A DNA stretch of 64,000 nt. Origin: an uncultured Gammaproteobacteria bacterium (GTDB lineage Bacteria > Patescibacteriota > Microgenomatia > UBA8517). Shown one piece after another: positions 45,550-54,848 of this stretch. Each line of letters begins with the position of its first letter. Position 1 is the first letter of the stretch. Below the pieces are notes generated by a model. The model was not told the DNA's origin and did no database searches. It was given only the letters and a program-made list of their open reading frames with translations. The stretch spans positions 9,066 through 73,065 of the forward strand of contig CAZVJU010000001.1 of assembly GCA_964627195.1 (NCBI GenBank), read 5' to 3'. The position numbers and the translations under genes are program-made.

Positions 45550-45668
45550 ACAACTCTGTGCCAGGAGCACAGGGTATCTGAAGGAATTCTGCCTTTAGCA
45601 GAAATGTTCTTTTTAGCTATTCTATTAGAGAACCCTGCTGCAAAACAGCAGGGTATTTAAGGATAAAA

Positions 45669-46370
45669 ATGAAAATCGATATCTTAACTCTTTTCCCGAA
45701 CATGTTTCACGGGCCGTTTGATGAAAGTATTGTTAAGCGGGCTCGAGATAAAGGTCTGGTGGATATTACTGTCCATAATTTACGGGATTGGGCAGGGGAC
45801 AAACATAAAACTGTGGATGACAGACCATATGGAGGTGGAGTTGGGATGATTTTAAAAGTTGAAGTATTAGATAAGGCCGTAAGTCAATTAGAAATGAAAG
45901 ATTCGGACACAAAAGTTATACTCTTGGACGCAGGCGGTAAAAAATTTACTCAGAAAGATGCAAAAAGATTATCAAAAAGCGAACACCTGATTCTGATTGC
46001 AGGCCATTATGAAGGAGTAGATTATCGAGTCCATAAAAAAATTGCTGATGAAGTAATGTCAATCGGAGATTACGTTCTAACGGGTGGTGAACTTCCTGCA
46101 ATGGTTATCACTGATTCAATCGTTCGCCTTATTCCCAAAGTCCTAGAAAAATCCGAAGCAACAGTATTTGAAAGCTTTTCTCCAACATCCAACATCCAAC
46201 ATCCAACATCTATCCTTGAATATCCTCAATATACCCGACCTGAAGTTTATAAAGGCTGGAAAGTTCCTAAAATTCTCCTCTCCGGAAATCACAAAGAAAT
46301 TGAAAAATGGAGAAAGGAGCAATCTATTGAGAGGACGAAGAAAGCGCGCCCAGATCTTCCTGGTAGATAG
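45669..46370 (+). CDS. trmD: tRNA (guanine37-N1)-methyltransferase
   Basis: Motifs MKIDILTLFPNMF, DDRPYGGGVGM, IAGHYEGVD, GDYVLTGGELPA, EYPQYTRP and LLSGNH. Confidence 0.95.
   Translation: MKIDILTLFPNMFHGPFDESIVKRARDKGLVDITVHNLRDWAGDKHKTVDDRPYGGGVGMILKVEVLDKAVSQLEMKDSDTKVILLDAGGKKFTQKDAKRLSKSEHLILIAGHYEGVDYRVHKKIADEVMSIGDYVLTGGELPAMVITDSIVRLIPKVLEKSEATVFESFSPTSNIQHPTSILEYPQYTRPEVYKGWKVPKILLSGNHKEIEKWRKEQSIERTKKARPDLPGR
46182..46209 (+). repeat. Heptanucleotide microsatellite (CCAACAT)x4 inside trmD
   Basis: Read directly from the sequence. It encodes PTSNIQHPT, inserted just before the conserved LEYPQYTRP block. Confidence 0.9.
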
Positions 46371-47502
46371 CAGTAACGACAAGTCTTTTGCTGTCCAGAA
46401 ATCCGGTGCAGGTATATAAGGTCAATCTCGAATCCTTGGTCTGATCTAATATTCCCGTCTGATTGGCATTAACGATCTGAACATACTCGATTCTGAATTT
46501 TTTCCGAATTCCGTCTGAAGATTTTATTTGAATGATCTGACCCGGTTTTGCTTTTTTCAAATTCCCCAAGATATTTTTATAGTTGTGGCCGTAAAAAATA
46601 GTGTTTCCGGTTTCTCCCGAAATAGCCGAAGGGGTTAAATAAGAAACACCTTTTGTGGTTGTCTCCCACTTCCCGTTATTTATTGCTGCGGGGTAGATAT
46701 CAAGCGTTATCCCCAGTTCACCGAGGGTTAATAAAACCGGTTTATCAGCAGCTTTATCATACTGATCCGACGGTAAAACCTCTGCTTTATTAAATTGAAG
46801 TCTTTGCGGAATAATTCTTCTCCAATATAAAAATCCGGCTAAACAAAAACAAAACAACCCGAGTAAAATAAAAAACTTGGAGATACTTCGCATGTTTACT
46901 CTCTGAGTTTTTTTTTTATAAAGATGAATCCCGAGAAGAATCGATGTTAACCCCAAAAGAACTAACCCATACGGTGTCAGCGCGTCTCCAGTCGCAGCCA
47001 AACCCAGGATAGATCCTTGAGTGCTTGCAGCTGCAGCCAGCACCGTACCAGAAGAACCGCTTGAACCCAATGAAGAGGTAGAAGTACTCGTCCCGCCGCA
47101 ACCGTAAGCACTGTTAAATGCCATGTAGGGTTCAGGGTTAAGCCCCCAAGTTGAACCGTCGGGTATAAAATGCCAACCAAGGTTTTTTAACGTATCGATT
47201 TCTTCCTGTGTTAAAGACCCAATTCTCCACCAATTGGTCTGTATTCCATTCCCTACATCTGAACAAAAACACTGTTGAATTCTATCAACGTCCACGATGT
47301 AAACTGCGTCAGACCCGGAATATGCATTGGGGTCGCCGGGAATCCCGTGAACGCCACTGTCATATTTAACTTTTAACGTCCCTTGAGGATTTGAACAGGC
47401 CGGAAAGTCAGGAGGAGTTTGCTGCGCGTTTACTGAACCCACAAAGACGAAGGTTATCAAAAGAAACACGAAACTCACTAACAGTCTTTTAAGTATTTTC
47501 AT
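46324..47502 (-). CDS. Secreted LAATG-motif protein fused in frame to a sortase (fusion or homopolymer artefact)
   Basis: - Signal peptide MKILKRLLVSFVFLLITFVFVGSVNA.
- A ~115-aa Cys-containing domain and a Ser/Thr-rich linker.
- Sorting signal LAATG, then a TM helix, then KKKTQR.
- Then MRSISKFF, a second TM helix and a sortase domain (FYGHN His, TLYTC Cys).
- The junction is an A10 run on the coding strand (46908-46917). Confidence 0.7.
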   Translation of the reverse strand: MKILKRLLVSFVFLLITFVFVGSVNAQQTPPDFPACSNPQGTLKVKYDSGVHGIPGDPNAYSGSDAVYIVDVDRIQQCFCSDVGNGIQTNWWRIGSLTQEEIDTLKNLGWHFIPDGSTWGLNPEPYMAFNSAYGCGGTSTSTSSLGSSGSSGTVLAAAASTQGSILGLAATGDALTPYGLVLLGLTSILLGIHLYKKKTQRVNMRSISKFFILLGLFCFCLAGFLYWRRIIPQRLQFNKAEVLPSDQYDKAADKPVLLTLGELGITLDIYPAAINNGKWETTTKGVSYLTPSAISGETGNTIFYGHNYKNILGNLKKAKPGQIIQIKSSDGIRKKFRIEYVQIVNANQTGILDQTKDSRLTLYTCTGFLDSKRLVVTAIYQEDLGALSSSSQ

Positions 47503-47570
47503 TGCAATGAAGGCAGGTTTGGGCAGAAGATAACTATGATAGTTTAACATTATAGGACAACTCATGCAAG

Positions 47571-48824
47571 TTATTTCTGCATTAGTTTGTACAGAAACTT
47601 TTGAACCATAAAAAGTAAACTTTCGTGACCTTTTATAAGGATTGTTTCCAATTTATCACCGGAAATCTTTGTTTGCTGGGTAATATATCCTTCGGCCTCG
47701 ACGGTTATTACTATCCCTGAAGATAGGTAAGAAAGGCTAAATTCTCCATCGCGGGTGGTAACTACCCGTTTATGAGAGCTTGAAACAAAAGCTTCTTTAA
47801 TAGGTTTCCCTCTTTCATCTTTGATATAACCTGTCAATACTTTTGGCTTGAAAAATTGATCCAGTACTTGGCTTGCTTTCCTGGGGCTGTAATTATCTTC
47901 CCAAAGCCTAGTACTTCCCCCAAAAGACACCCAATAATTAACTCCAATAAGATCAGAAATGTCGGATATTTCCTTCAGCGCATCCTCAATCCATATAGCT
48001 TGCTCTCCCATGCTCAGATTTCCGTGAATATCTGGAATTGGGGCGCCAAATTCGCCTAAAACTACCTTTCCGCCGGACTTCTCGGCAATTTTTTTGATAT
48101 CGGCTGCCAATTCTTCGGGAGTACCTACATAGTGATCAATCACCACCACACCCCCAAGGGCTTGAGTGGTTTTCTTATCCATAACCAGATTGGCCACATC
48201 CCCGTTCATCGGGACGAAATTAGAACGGACATTTTTGCCTATTTTCCTAAAAGCCTCGTTTGTTACCCTGTATTCCTCAATTAAAAATGCCCTGTGTCCG
48301 GCAACATCTCCGGTCCTTCTTGGATCCCCAGGCCCTCCGTTTTCGCACTCAGGACAGGATGAAAAAATATCTCCCTCCTCAAAAAGCGCGCCATTTGCCA
48401 ATATAAATTCCTTAACAAATTCTGTATGCTCCACTCTTCCTATTTTTGGGTATCCAAACCATCTCTCCCAGCCGGGGACATTTCCCCGAAACCAGATTTT
48501 TAGCCCATACTTTCTTGCAGCAAAAACCCACCGTGTCAAAAACGGCACAAACTCCTCAGCATACGGAGTTCCGATTGCAACGTGAGTAGCCCCTGTTTTT
48601 GCTATAAGGCGTATTTGGGTATCGATCACCTCATTGAATTTTGAATCCTTTGCTTTTTCCCTGGCAACGTCGCGTGAGTATTTCACCGTATCAATTGATT
48701 GGACTTCCCACCAAGTAGTTTCAGCGGCCCCAGTTAGCACACTTCCGTTCCACTTTGACGCAAAACTTGGTCCCAAAGTTACAATTATTACGAAAACAAA
48801 AATAATGATTAATGTCTTTTTCAT
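47571..48824 (-). CDS. Secreted TIM-barrel glycoside-hydrolase-like protein with a C-terminal CarboxypepD_reg-like domain
   Basis: Signal peptide, the GLKIWFRGNVPGWERWFG and VVLGEFGAP blocks (clan GH-A style acid/nucleophile strands), and the C-terminus LTGYIKDERGKPIKEAFV. This is a weak assignment. Confidence 0.45.
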   Translation of the reverse strand: MKKTLIIIFVFVIIVTLGPSFASKWNGSVLTGAAETTWWEVQSIDTVKYSRDVAREKAKDSKFNEVIDTQIRLIAKTGATHVAIGTPYAEEFVPFLTRWVFAARKYGLKIWFRGNVPGWERWFGYPKIGRVEHTEFVKEFILANGALFEEGDIFSSCPECENGGPGDPRRTGDVAGHRAFLIEEYRVTNEAFRKIGKNVRSNFVPMNGDVANLVMDKKTTQALGGVVVIDHYVGTPEELAADIKKIAEKSGGKVVLGEFGAPIPDIHGNLSMGEQAIWIEDALKEISDISDLIGVNYWVSFGGSTRLWEDNYSPRKASQVLDQFFKPKVLTGYIKDERGKPIKEAFVSSSHKRVVTTRDGEFSLSYLSSGIVITVEAEGYITQQTKISGDKLETILIKGHESLLFMVQKFLYKLMQK

Positions 48825-48870
48825 ACTTATACCAAAGGTGTAAATACAGTTTCACCTCTAAGGTGTAGTA

Positions 48871-50526
48871 CTATTTCTGTTTACCAAATACAGGTTCCGT
48901 ATTAAGCTCACCCAAATATTCCTCTTCGAGTTCGTAAATATCCGCGAAAGGATAACTTTCAACTAATAAATATTTTTCAAACCCAACGGATCTGCTTACG
49001 TCCTTCCAGACAAGGTCGTTATCATCGTGTGTCCTTGCTACAATCCAACGTGCCCAGCGGTCCGGCGAAGTCGTCGCCGATTCCCAATACGCTCCAGTTC
49101 CTTCGTGGATAAACTTCTTCATGGGTAATCCCGAGGAGAAGATTATAGCATCGTGGGAGGCAACAGAAATAAGAATAAACCCTTCGCGGTTGGAAGCATT
49201 TTCTTTCAACCAACCGGAAACCTCGCTAACATTTTTTTGGCTTGAACCAACCCGAGCATCATCAATTGTCACTGCATCAGCACTCGTAAACGCGAAGAAT
49301 GTGGTAAAGAAAAACAAGCCTATTAGGGTCCAACGTAAATCTCTTAACCTATCAACTAAAAATCCTGAAAACACCGCAATTGCGGGAAGGAGCATTATAC
49401 CGTATCGAACATTAAACCATGTGTTACCCGATATTCCTTGAATAAAAAGTACGGAGTGTCCCAAGAAAAGCGCAAGAATATTAAAGAAAAGCGAGGCGAG
49501 AAGAGCGAGTGTTGCAATTTTAATCTCACCTTTAATCTTTGAAAACCACAAGGCCATAACCCCAAGAAGTCCCAAAAAAACTGTGTAAGCATAAGAGTTA
49601 TAGACAAGCGCATAAAGATAAAGGACTGTGGACAAACCAATATTGAATTTCGTAGGTAACTCTCCCGCAGCCTCAAGTCGGACTTGCTGGGCGCGTGCCG
49701 AAAAAGGACCAAACGCGAAATACAGCGGGTCTTTAAAAATAACTAAGTTCCACAAGAACCACAAAGCTATGCCAAAACCGGCCAGTGTGGCAAAAAGAAT
49801 AATTTTTCCTTCGGTTTCCTGATATACATCCTTTAACTGAGCAATACTATCCCTTAATCCGTGTTTAACGAAGATGTTTATGGAAACTAATAAACCTGCG
49901 AATACAAATAAAAACCAACCATCGTAACGAGTAAGAGTGGATAGCATTATAAAAAAGGCGCTCTTTATGAGATTTAAAACTTCGTCGGTTTTTGCCCAAA
50001 GCATAAAATAATAAGCCCCGGCTGTCATGGTTGAAAGGAGCAGTAGCTCAGTCATTGCGGTTGACTGCAGATACAAAATATTAAGGTTTGCGGCAAAAAC
50101 CACAACTCCGAAAAATCGACCCAAAAGCCCCACACCAAGCTTTTTCAAAAACATATACACGATAACCCCTGTTGCCACAAAAGCAATCATCGAGATGAGC
50201 GCACCGGAGAGTCCCGAGTGCCAGAAAAAATCAATCCAAATCGTCGGGATCATCAGGACATGGGGCAGCGGAAGCCACACAGATCCAAGCTGTGCGAGTC
50301 CCGGTTTTAGCCCTTCGACAACGCGGCGACCTATGTCAAGGTGACTTCGCGCGTCGTTATAGGCAAGACCTAATCCGTTAAGATAGTAATGAGTAAAGGC
50401 GTAAACTGAAATAGTCGTAAGGACAGAGATAACTACAGATAGACCATTCTTTTCAAACCACTTTTGAATCCTGTCTAGCGTCTCGTTTTTTATTGCAAGA
50501 TTTAAAGTTAAATTAGGAATTTTCAC
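48871..50526 (-). CDS. GT-C fold membrane glycosyltransferase (PMT_2/ArnT-like)
   Basis: 551 aa and polytopic. The first loop reads AYNDARSHLDIGRRVVEG, and there is a soluble C-terminal domain. Confidence 0.65.
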   Translation of the reverse strand: MKIPNLTLNLAIKNETLDRIQKWFEKNGLSVVISVLTTISVYAFTHYYLNGLGLAYNDARSHLDIGRRVVEGLKPGLAQLGSVWLPLPHVLMIPTIWIDFFWHSGLSGALISMIAFVATGVIVYMFLKKLGVGLLGRFFGVVVFAANLNILYLQSTAMTELLLLSTMTAGAYYFMLWAKTDEVLNLIKSAFFIMLSTLTRYDGWFLFVFAGLLVSINIFVKHGLRDSIAQLKDVYQETEGKIILFATLAGFGIALWFLWNLVIFKDPLYFAFGPFSARAQQVRLEAAGELPTKFNIGLSTVLYLYALVYNSYAYTVFLGLLGVMALWFSKIKGEIKIATLALLASLFFNILALFLGHSVLFIQGISGNTWFNVRYGIMLLPAIAVFSGFLVDRLRDLRWTLIGLFFFTTFFAFTSADAVTIDDARVGSSQKNVSEVSGWLKENASNREGFILISVASHDAIIFSSGLPMKKFIHEGTGAYWESATTSPDRWARWIVARTHDDNDLVWKDVSRSVGFEKYLLVESYPFADIYELEEEYLGELNTEPVFGKQK

Positions 50527-52061
50527 TGTTTAACATCCTTCCTTTCAAAAATCAAAGCGGTATAAAGAATTAAAATTATTCCAAAAACAAAGCCTGCGTA
50601 TAGTAAAGAATAGTCGCAAGATGTAAGTCTGTCCGATAAATACAAGTTATAGACAAGAGAGCTATTTAGGTTTCTCTCTGTCATTAATTGCCAGTTGTAT
50701 ACATATGTATAAGGGATAGGGTTGGGTAAGTTTAGTGCCTCTACCTTTGGTGGAATCTGAGTAGTCGTCATTACTCCAAGAACATTTACCCCAATACTGT
50801 AGGCAGCTAAAACCACAAAAATAGGTATAAACCACAACTTTTCTTTATATCTGTCGATGGCAATTCCCATACAAACAGACAAAATAGCAATTGTCGGTAT
50901 CATATATCTTGCTCCGAACGCCCAACCTCCCGTCACATCTCCAAACATCGAATATAAGAATGCATTGGTTAAAATAACTGCAAAAAATACGGCAGAGACT
51001 GACCTTGAACTAAACTGTTTAAAAAGGAGATACAAACCGACCAGACCAATTAATATTACCGGACTGAAGTAAAAAATTCCGCGCTCATTACTGGTAACAA
51101 GTATATAAAGCCCGTGAAGTTGGTATCGGGTTTTAAAAGGTAGATTCAGCCCTTTATTATCATCCTTGACTTGTCCTCCAACCTTGTATGTTTCTTCTAC
51201 GGCTGTTTCAAATGACGGCGCTCTACCGATAAATTGCGGAAGAGAGAGATAAGAACCTGTAAGTCCGTGGTTATAGTAACCAAAAGGAATAAAAGTTAAT
51301 ACTACACCTATTAGAAAACTTATAAACTTTAAGCTTAATTTTAAATTTAAATTACTATTTATCGCCTCCCGATTGACGTGTTTTGCCAATACAAAAACGA
51401 TTATCGGAAACATCAAGATTAGATTTGGAACATCGGCAAATAATCCAATACCGCAGAGTATTCCAATAAAAATATCATTTATAATACCTACTGGTTTAAG
51501 AGCAAGAATTAAAGACAGTAAAATAACAAACGTGCTTATATGATGTTGAGTAAGGGTTAATGAATATGAAAGTGCATTTGTTGCAAATAAAAACAAAAAG
51601 CCTGCTAACAAGGAAGCGGCTATTCCAGCACCTAGTTTTCGTGTAAGTTTATATATTAGAAAAACATTCAGGATGGCAAAAAGGGAGGTTGATAGATAGG
51701 CAAAAATTTGCGGTATGCCCCAAACTTTTCCCAACATGTAAAAGGGTACTGCAACAAAAGATACTCCGGGAGTAAAAATACTGAAATACCTCCCATTAGC
51801 TTCAACCACATCCGGCATAGAAAATTTTGCTCTCTTTTCGTTCAAAAAGAATGTGTTATCCTCTACAATTGCCTCTGTAAGAGCAAATCGAGACGTACTT
51901 CCCGAGGACTCAAACGGCCCACCAACCTCGGTACTTTTGCTATTAAGACTCTGATACAAAAGAGGATTCCCCCCTTGTCCTTTAACAACTAAGGCAACCA
52001 GAAAGATCACTATTAAGAAAAACAAAATATATAGAAACGATTTAATTATTTTTTTAAACAT
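50523..52061 (-). CDS. GT-C-like polytopic membrane glycosyltransferase
   Basis: 512 aa with about 12 TM helices and a long first extracytoplasmic loop. It overlaps the downstream GT-C gene by 4 nt. Confidence 0.6.
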   Translation of the reverse strand: MFKKIIKSFLYILFFLIVIFLVALVVKGQGGNPLLYQSLNSKSTEVGGPFESSGSTSRFALTEAIVEDNTFFLNEKRAKFSMPDVVEANGRYFSIFTPGVSFVAVPFYMLGKVWGIPQIFAYLSTSLFAILNVFLIYKLTRKLGAGIAASLLAGFLFLFATNALSYSLTLTQHHISTFVILLSLILALKPVGIINDIFIGILCGIGLFADVPNLILMFPIIVFVLAKHVNREAINSNLNLKLSLKFISFLIGVVLTFIPFGYYNHGLTGSYLSLPQFIGRAPSFETAVEETYKVGGQVKDDNKGLNLPFKTRYQLHGLYILVTSNERGIFYFSPVILIGLVGLYLLFKQFSSRSVSAVFFAVILTNAFLYSMFGDVTGGWAFGARYMIPTIAILSVCMGIAIDRYKEKLWFIPIFVVLAAYSIGVNVLGVMTTTQIPPKVEALNLPNPIPYTYVYNWQLMTERNLNSSLVYNLYLSDRLTSCDYSLLYAGFVFGIILILYTALIFERKDVKQ

Positions 52062-52067
52062 ATTTCT

Positions 52068-52976
52068 CTAATTTTTAGTCGTTCTTATAGATTCCCACAA
52101 AGGATTAAAATTTCTTGCATACCTCCGACTACTAAAAAGAGTATAAATACTAATAAATAAGAGGTAAACACCCGCAAAGGGATTTTTGATAAATTCAATG
52201 AACTTAAACAACCATATTTTAGAAACTGGTTTATATTCTTCAGTAACAATGTCTCCGAATATATTCTTTAAAATAAAACGGTTGGAGTTGTTTCTCGTCA
52301 TCCACTTTAAGTATTCCTTAGTATTTGAAGGATTTCTATAGTAGACTTTAGCTTTTCTTACATGTTTGTAATTGTACTCGGAAGTGATAGCCGAAAAATA
52401 AAGGTAAGAATCCACATTACCCATCTGCTTGTCCTGAGGCAATTGTAAACTTTTAATAAAATTTCTTGTGAATGCCATTACCTTGCCATCGCAGGTAAAT
52501 TTTTTATTTTTATTTTTAAGCGAGTTACTCATTTTATAAAAAGCGTTAAAACTGGAATTAGCTGCTGATTGCACAAAATTGACTGGGGGTAACGGATTCG
52601 GATTACCCGTCACAAACCCTACTTTAGAGTTATTAAAGGGTTCTACTAACTTACTTAGCAACTCATCGTCGTTAATAAAGATATCATCGTTTAAAATTAC
52701 TAGTACGTCTGAATCATTATTCTGGAAAAAAAATCTAACCACGCCGGCGAAACCTTTTCTATTCTTACCCTTAACAACATGGATGGTTGAGTAAACCTTA
52801 GCGTAAGTGTCTGCGATATAATTCGTTCTATCGGAAGAACAATCAGAATAAATTTTTATCTCCTTTAATACATAATTACTCTCTTTCTGAATCACAAGAG
52901 ATTCTAAAAGTAAAGATAGGTTTTTCTCGGCGTTGTAAACCGCTATTGCTACTGTTGTATTTATTTTCTTTTTCAT
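52068..52976 (-). CDS. GT2 glycosyltransferase
   Basis: VAIAVYNAEKNL, with acidic motifs (SDCSSD, LNDDIF). Confidence 0.75.
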   Translation of the reverse strand: MKKKINTTVAIAVYNAEKNLSLLLESLVIQKESNYVLKEIKIYSDCSSDRTNYIADTYAKVYSTIHVVKGKNRKGFAGVVRFFFQNNDSDVLVILNDDIFINDDELLSKLVEPFNNSKVGFVTGNPNPLPPVNFVQSAANSSFNAFYKMSNSLKNKNKKFTCDGKVMAFTRNFIKSLQLPQDKQMGNVDSYLYFSAITSEYNYKHVRKAKVYYRNPSNTKEYLKWMTRNNSNRFILKNIFGDIVTEEYKPVSKIWLFKFIEFIKNPFAGVYLLFISIYTLFSSRRYARNFNPLWESIRTTKN

Positions 52977-52977
52977 T

Positions 52978-53892
52978 CTATTGGGTTGCTGCTAATTTTT
53001 TTGAACTGAGAGACATTTCCCATTTGGCAGTACTCTTGTCTACAAAAAGGTTCATCAAATTAGCATAGAAATATATAAACAAGTAAAGTATAGACTGTAA
53101 AGGGTTTTTCACTACAAGAGGAAATGCTTTCGTGACAAGTAATCTGAATGGGATAGAAAAACTCTTGTCTACAAGATTTTCGTTAAAAATCTCTTTTAGT
53201 CGCCTTCTTGAACCTAAGAATCTGACACTTTGACTAAAATGTCCGCGCAGCCTATGGGGGAATTTAAAATAAACAGCAGCTTTTGGCTCATATTGAAATA
53301 AGTATCCATCAGAAAGGCACCTAAGATAAGAGTATGCATCTTCACCGCTGATTGCCGGCCATTTAATTTTTTTTGCGAAATCTTTTGAGAAAACACGGAA
53401 TGCACCATGACACAAATAAATATTATTCCCGTCGTTCATGTTTTCAAAAAGACTTAATTTCACCTCTCTACTGAAAAATAGTGTCTTCTCGAGAAGATTT
53501 CTGGGTCTTAAAGGAATAATTTTCCCACCAACCAAACCGATTTTAGTATTTCTGCTAAAAGGTTCGATAATTCTTTCAATTACCAAGCTATTTTTCGGAA
53601 GCACATCAGCATCGAGAAGAACAAGATAATCCGAACTAAAGTTTTTTAAAATTATATTCTGAGTCAAAGCCTTTCCTAATCTTTTATTATTTACTAATAG
53701 TATTATTGTTCCGTTTTTTAGTGATTTAACTTCTTCCTCAGTTTTATCCGAGCTACAATCTGAAATTACAATTATTTTTTGAATTTTTAAATTTAATTGT
53801 TTCTGTGCTAACAAAGACTTAAGCAAATTTTTAATATTTGCCTCCTCGTTGTAAGCTGGAATTCCGATTGTCACAGTTGGTTTTTTTCTCAT
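52978..53892 (-). CDS. GT2 glycosyltransferase
   Basis: Motifs IGIPAYNEEANI, SDCSSDKT and LLDADV. Confidence 0.8.
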   Translation of the reverse strand: MRKKPTVTIGIPAYNEEANIKNLLKSLLAQKQLNLKIQKIIVISDCSSDKTEEEVKSLKNGTIILLVNNKRLGKALTQNIILKNFSSDYLVLLDADVLPKNSLVIERIIEPFSRNTKIGLVGGKIIPLRPRNLLEKTLFFSREVKLSLFENMNDGNNIYLCHGAFRVFSKDFAKKIKWPAISGEDAYSYLRCLSDGYLFQYEPKAAVYFKFPHRLRGHFSQSVRFLGSRRRLKEIFNENLVDKSFSIPFRLLVTKAFPLVVKNPLQSILYLFIYFYANLMNLFVDKSTAKWEMSLSSKKLAATQ

Positions 53893-54848
53893 GTTTTTTC
53901 CGTTCCTTTTATTGCTAATAACTCTTTATGAAAACCCTTTGGCAAAAGTTTTATATCTCTATCCGGATTAAGATTAAGAAGCTCCAGGTCCCGAATGCGC
54001 TTCGCATTTTTCCTGCCAACACGTTGGTTAAGTAACGTTAGTGTTTTATAAACCAAAAGAGGGACTATTAACTTTTTTAACCCTTTACCATAAAGCCTTT
54101 GAAGAAGACGGTTTCGAACTATTGAGTCTTGCCAATGAACACACAGAGGAGCAGTGGCACTATAAGCGGTAATTCCCCAACCAGCTTCCTCCCAATCGGT
54201 AAGATAAATTATATTTCTTTGTAACAAAATATTACTTGCGTTGATGTCTGCGTGAATAAGTCCTTTGTCGTATGTCCCGATACGGAAAAGCGGTAAAACT
54301 TTCGGAGTAGTCATGAGAATTTTAAATGACGAAAAGGGTGAAAGAAAAACCGATTTCAAAAGCCTCAACGGCAAGTACAAAAGTAAAGCTTTGACTGAGT
54401 AGTCTTTGAGATAAAGATTTATTGAAAAGCGCTGGGTTTTTCCGCTTAATTTCTCGATAAGCTCAAGCACTACCGTAAGAATTTCTGCTTTTTTATTAGA
54501 TTCCTCATCCAAAAGTTTCTTGCCTTTTATGTAGCGGGAAATTAGACAAATAACTTCTCCCTGATTGATGATTTTATCCACTTCCGGGACTAGTAAACGG
54601 TATCCTTTATATTCAAAAAGCGTTTTTTTGGTCAGTTGGGATAGATATTGACTAACTCTGGATTCGGCAAAAAGAGATTTATATGTATAGCTTTTTTTAC
54701 CAACAACTGCTTTCACAAAAAACTTATTTCCTTTTGTATTTGAAACAATTCCATGAAAGCGCCCAAATTCATCCTTCTCAATCGGAGTAATCTCCCGGTA
54801 ACCGTTTTGTCTTACTATATTAGTAATGTTTAAGCCTTTTTTTGTCAT
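53889..54848 (-). CDS. APH/choline-kinase-like small-molecule kinase
   Basis: Catalytic loop IHADINASNIL (HxDxxxxN) and the metal-binding LTDWE. Confidence 0.6.
   Translation of the reverse strand: MTKKGLNITNIVRQNGYREITPIEKDEFGRFHGIVSNTKGNKFFVKAVVGKKSYTYKSLFAESRVSQYLSQLTKKTLFEYKGYRLLVPEVDKIINQGEVICLISRYIKGKKLLDEESNKKAEILTVVLELIEKLSGKTQRFSINLYLKDYSVKALLLYLPLRLLKSVFLSPFSSFKILMTTPKVLPLFRIGTYDKGLIHADINASNILLQRNIIYLTDWEEAGWGITAYSATAPLCVHWQDSIVRNRLLQRLYGKGLKKLIVPLLVYKTLTLLNQRVGRKNAKRIRDLELLNLNPDRDIKLLPKGFHKELLAIKGTEKT

Noticed and set aside
46143-46419. ORFs 46143..46382 (-) and 46168..46419 (+) at the trmD/sortase convergence
   Set aside because: They are alternative frames of the trmD 3' end, including the heptamer repeat, and are explained by trmD and the sortase ORF.
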